A DNA stretch of 26,212 nucleotides from a virus (taxonomy: Duplodnaviria; Caudoviricetes): positions 1-26,212 of IMG/VR virus record IMGVR_UViG_3300020442_000903. One strand, given 5' to 3'. The notes beneath the pieces are model-generated. The model saw only the letters and a list, made by a program, of their open reading frames with translations. It was not told the DNA's origin and searched no databases. Made by a program: the position numbers and the translations under genes. Numbering within the stretch: position 1 is the first letter of the stretch; each line of letters opens with the position of its first letter. Below, in pieces: positions 24,427-26,212 of this stretch.

Positions 24427-25055
24427 CTATTCAAGTTTTCAATCCTAAGTGGTATTTCCAATCTCGATTAGGACCTAGGTCACAATTAATTGTTGATGAA
24501 TTGTTTCGTGAGTATATCGCAAACGAAAATAACTTTCATCAACCTGAGGATTGGAATTGTATTGTGCAGACATCTTGGTCTAACAAACCTGATGATTCTG
24601 CTCCTTATGGTGAGTGGTTGGATGTAATTCGTCCAATCTTTGATAAGTTTATCGAAGAAGTTGGAGCAAAAACTGACATTGAAATCCTGCCAATGAACGC
24701 ATGGGTTAACAAGTATAACCCAGGTGATTCACAGGAAACACATGATCACTGTGATCCAACAAATAATCTGAGTATGGTATACTTTCATACTGTAAATGAT
24801 GATGATGGATGTGTATTTAAGTTTGTAAATACTGAGCATGGTCATCTTACATCACAGGGATTGAATGTATTACAAACACCCAGTCAACCAATGACTGTGC
24901 CCGATGTAAAACAAGGTGATGTTATCATTTTTCCATCACATTATTTGCACTTAGTATCACCTCATCGCGGCACTAAAACTAGAATTACAATTAGTGCAAA
25001 CTTCAACCTTGTGCCAGCACAAAAACCTGCACAAGATGCTGGACAGAAAGACTAA
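24423..25055 (+). CDS. 2OG-Fe(II) oxygenase (TIGR02466-like subfamily)
   Basis: NAWVNKYNPGDSQETHDH...LSMVYF...GDVIIFPSHYLHLVSP...RITISANF. Confidence 0.8.
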   Translation: MTIQVFNPKWYFQSRLGPRSQLIVDELFREYIANENNFHQPEDWNCIVQTSWSNKPDDSAPYGEWLDVIRPIFDKFIEEVGAKTDIEILPMNAWVNKYNPGDSQETHDHCDPTNNLSMVYFHTVNDDDGCVFKFVNTEHGHLTSQGLNVLQTPSQPMTVPDVKQGDVIIFPSHYLHLVSPHRGTKTRITISANFNLVPAQKPAQDAGQKD

Positions 25056-25068
25056 CCCCGTGTATATT
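25010..25068 (+). promoter_or_regulatory. sigma70-type promoter with upstream 24-bp palindrome (copy 2)
   Basis: TGTGCCAG-N8-CCTGCACA (25010-25033), 6 bp, -35 TGGACA 25040-25045, 17 bp, -10 TATATT 25063-25068. Confidence 0.6.
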
Positions 25069-25072
25069 AACA

Positions 25073-25243
25073 ATGTCATCACTAAAGAAACTAACGAAAC
25101 AAATCAACCATTGCTTAAAGCATCCTGAGAACTATACTGAGGATGAGATTCACACATTGAAAAAGAAAAGGCGTCAATTTCTTGATGTTGAACGCCGTGC
25201 AAACATTGAACAACGTGGAGGTTTTGGACAGTATGTACAATGA
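25073..25243 (+). CDS. small basic hypothetical protein (56 aa), not in ORF track
   Basis: MSSLKKLTKQINHCLKHPENYTEDEIHTLKKKRRQFLDVERRANIEQRGGFGQYVQ*. Confidence 0.6.
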   Translation: MSSLKKLTKQINHCLKHPENYTEDEIHTLKKKRRQFLDVERRANIEQRGGFGQYVQ

Positions 25244-25355
25244 AGAATTTGACATCGAATGGGATGAACATGACATGGTTCAAGCACCTGAAGATGATTG
25301 GATTGCATCCGTATTGGGTGAAGAATCAGAGGTAATCGATGGCATCTCGTGTTAA
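25233..25355 (+). CDS. small acidic peptide (40 aa), not in ORF track
   Basis: GGAGG upstream; MYNEEFDIEWDEHDMVQAPEDDWIASVLGEESEVIDGISC*. Confidence 0.5.
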   Translation: MYNEEFDIEWDEHDMVQAPEDDWIASVLGEESEVIDGISC

Positions 25356-25527
25356 GTTAGTTGCGAAAAGTCGCATGGCAAACAAGATCTTCATCTATGA
25401 TATGAGACGTGATCCTTATGCCTATGTGACTGATCGCAAAGATAAATGGCATTTATACCATCCCAATAGTGGGATGCAATTATGGATTCACCCTAAAAAT
25501 GACCCTGACTGGGAGATTAAATCATGA
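25339..25527 (+). CDS. hypothetical phage protein (62 aa)
   Basis: GAGGT SD upstream; ends WIHPKNDPDWEIKS; ATGA-coupled to the next ORF. Confidence 0.7.
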   Translation: MASRVKLVAKSRMANKIFIYDMRRDPYAYVTDRKDKWHLYHPNSGMQLWIHPKNDPDWEIKS

Positions 25528-25679
25528 GCAAAGATCGCTGGCGTGTATCATGGAAGCGGCAAAAGAAAGTCAATGGATTTACATCAACACAATCAGTTGT
25601 TGTCTATGGCATTGACAATGTTGAGCATGTAATTAAAACAATGGTGCCCACAGATGAATGGGATGTGACACCTGCATAA
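25524..25679 (+). CDS. small hypothetical protein (51 aa), not in ORF track
   Basis: MSKDRWRVSWKRQKKVNGFTSTQSVVVYGIDNVEHVIKTMVPTDEWDVTPA*; ATGA overlap at start, stop just before the terminator. Confidence 0.6.
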   Translation: MSKDRWRVSWKRQKKVNGFTSTQSVVVYGIDNVEHVIKTMVPTDEWDVTPA

Positions 25680-25722
25680 CTGACACAGACTCCTTGACAG
25701 GGGTCTTTTTTTATGCAATACT
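25664..25722 (+). promoter_or_regulatory. sigma70-type promoter with upstream 24-bp palindrome (copy 3)
   Basis: TGTGACAC-N8-CTGACACA (25664-25687), 6 bp, -35 TTGACA 25694-25699, 17 bp, extended -10 TG-C-AATACT (25717-25722). Confidence 0.65.
25687..25712 (+). terminator. intrinsic terminator
   Basis: AGACTCC-TTGACA-GGGGTCT hairpin (one G:U pair) followed by a T tract, directly after the stop at 25679. Confidence 0.75.
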
Positions 25723-25744
25723 ATATTCATAGTCAAGCGATCAC

Positions 25745-26212
25745 ATGCATCTTCGTCCTCATCAGCAACGCGCATTTGCAGCAATGCAGAACAACAACGC
25801 TGGTCAGATTATTGTTCCCACTGGTGGTGGCAAGACCTATATCATGATCGCTGATGCTTACAAACATCTGCGTGATTGTGGTCCCCAAACTATTGTTGTA
25901 GTTGCTCCGCGTATCCTTCTCGCTAATCAACTTTGCGAAGAATTTATGGAGCACATTCATCATCGTGATGTGCATGTTTGTCATGCTCACAGTGGTGAAA
26001 CGCATTACTTCAGTAGCACCAAACCCGAAAAGATCGCTCTGTTCAACAACACTGCGCGAGCAGCAGGTGAGAACTGCATTATATTTACAACCTACCATTC
26101 TCTGCACCGCGTTGTAGATAGTGGCATCGATATCAACACCATTTATTTTGATGAAGCACACAATGGCACCGCAAAAAGTTTCTTCCGTAGCGTCTTTGCT
26201 ACTGCTCAGTAT
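25745..26212 (+). CDS. superfamily 2 DEAH-box helicase (ResIII-like N-terminal domain), 3'-truncated by window
   Basis: Manual translation: MHLRPHQQRA (Q motif)...IVPTGGGKT (Walker A)...VVVAPRILLANQL (Ia)...IFTTYHSL (Ib)...IYFDEAHN (Walker B); no stop before the window end, hence absent from the ORF track. Confidence 0.88.
   Translation, partial: MHLRPHQQRAFAAMQNNNAGQIIVPTGGGKTYIMIADAYKHLRDCGPQTIVVVAPRILLANQLCEEFMEHIHHRDVHVCHAHSGETHYFSSTKPEKIALFNNTARAAGENCIIFTTYHSLHRVVDSGIDINTIYFDEAHNGTAKSFFRSVFATAQY

Noticed and set aside
25664-25687. CRP or NtcA binding site
   Set aside because: The spacing (TGTG-N16-CACA) fits neither CRP TGTGA-N6-TCACA nor NtcA GTA-N8-TAC; reported as a distinct motif instead.
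25733-26161. 142-aa minus-strand ORF (and plus-strand ORF 25902-26117)
   Set aside because: Shadow frames of the plus-strand helicase, which has unambiguous Walker A/B motifs.

Overview
AT-rich, gene-dense, all plus-strand segment of a T4-like myovirus genome, most consistent with a marine cyanophage. Evidence: gp5 baseplate hub, repeated T4-type late promoters (ATAAATA/TATAAATA), sigma70-type promoters, four tRNAs and four 2OG-Fe(II) oxygenases. Layout: (i) 1-2870 HExxH protein, small membrane peptide and gp5; (ii) 2867-6120 a sigma70-driven block of small genes, two oxygenases and tRNA-Leu/Thr/Ala/Asn; (iii) 6112-23476 a late structural/tail-fibre block. Block iii contains six proteins sharing an N-terminal anchor motif but with different C-terminal domains, interrupted by an enzyme module (two unknown proteins, a peptidase-U32-like/SAM-methyltransferase fusion, an oxygenase, a membrane protein); (iv) 23429-26212 an early-type block of small genes, an oxygenase and an SF2 helicase, with three promoters each preceded by the same 24-bp palindrome. 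The most interesting candidates are the U32-methyltransferase module inside the fibre operon, the shared-anchor/variable-head array and the palindrome/terminator/promoter composite elements. All protein family calls come from motif recognition by eye; no searches were run.
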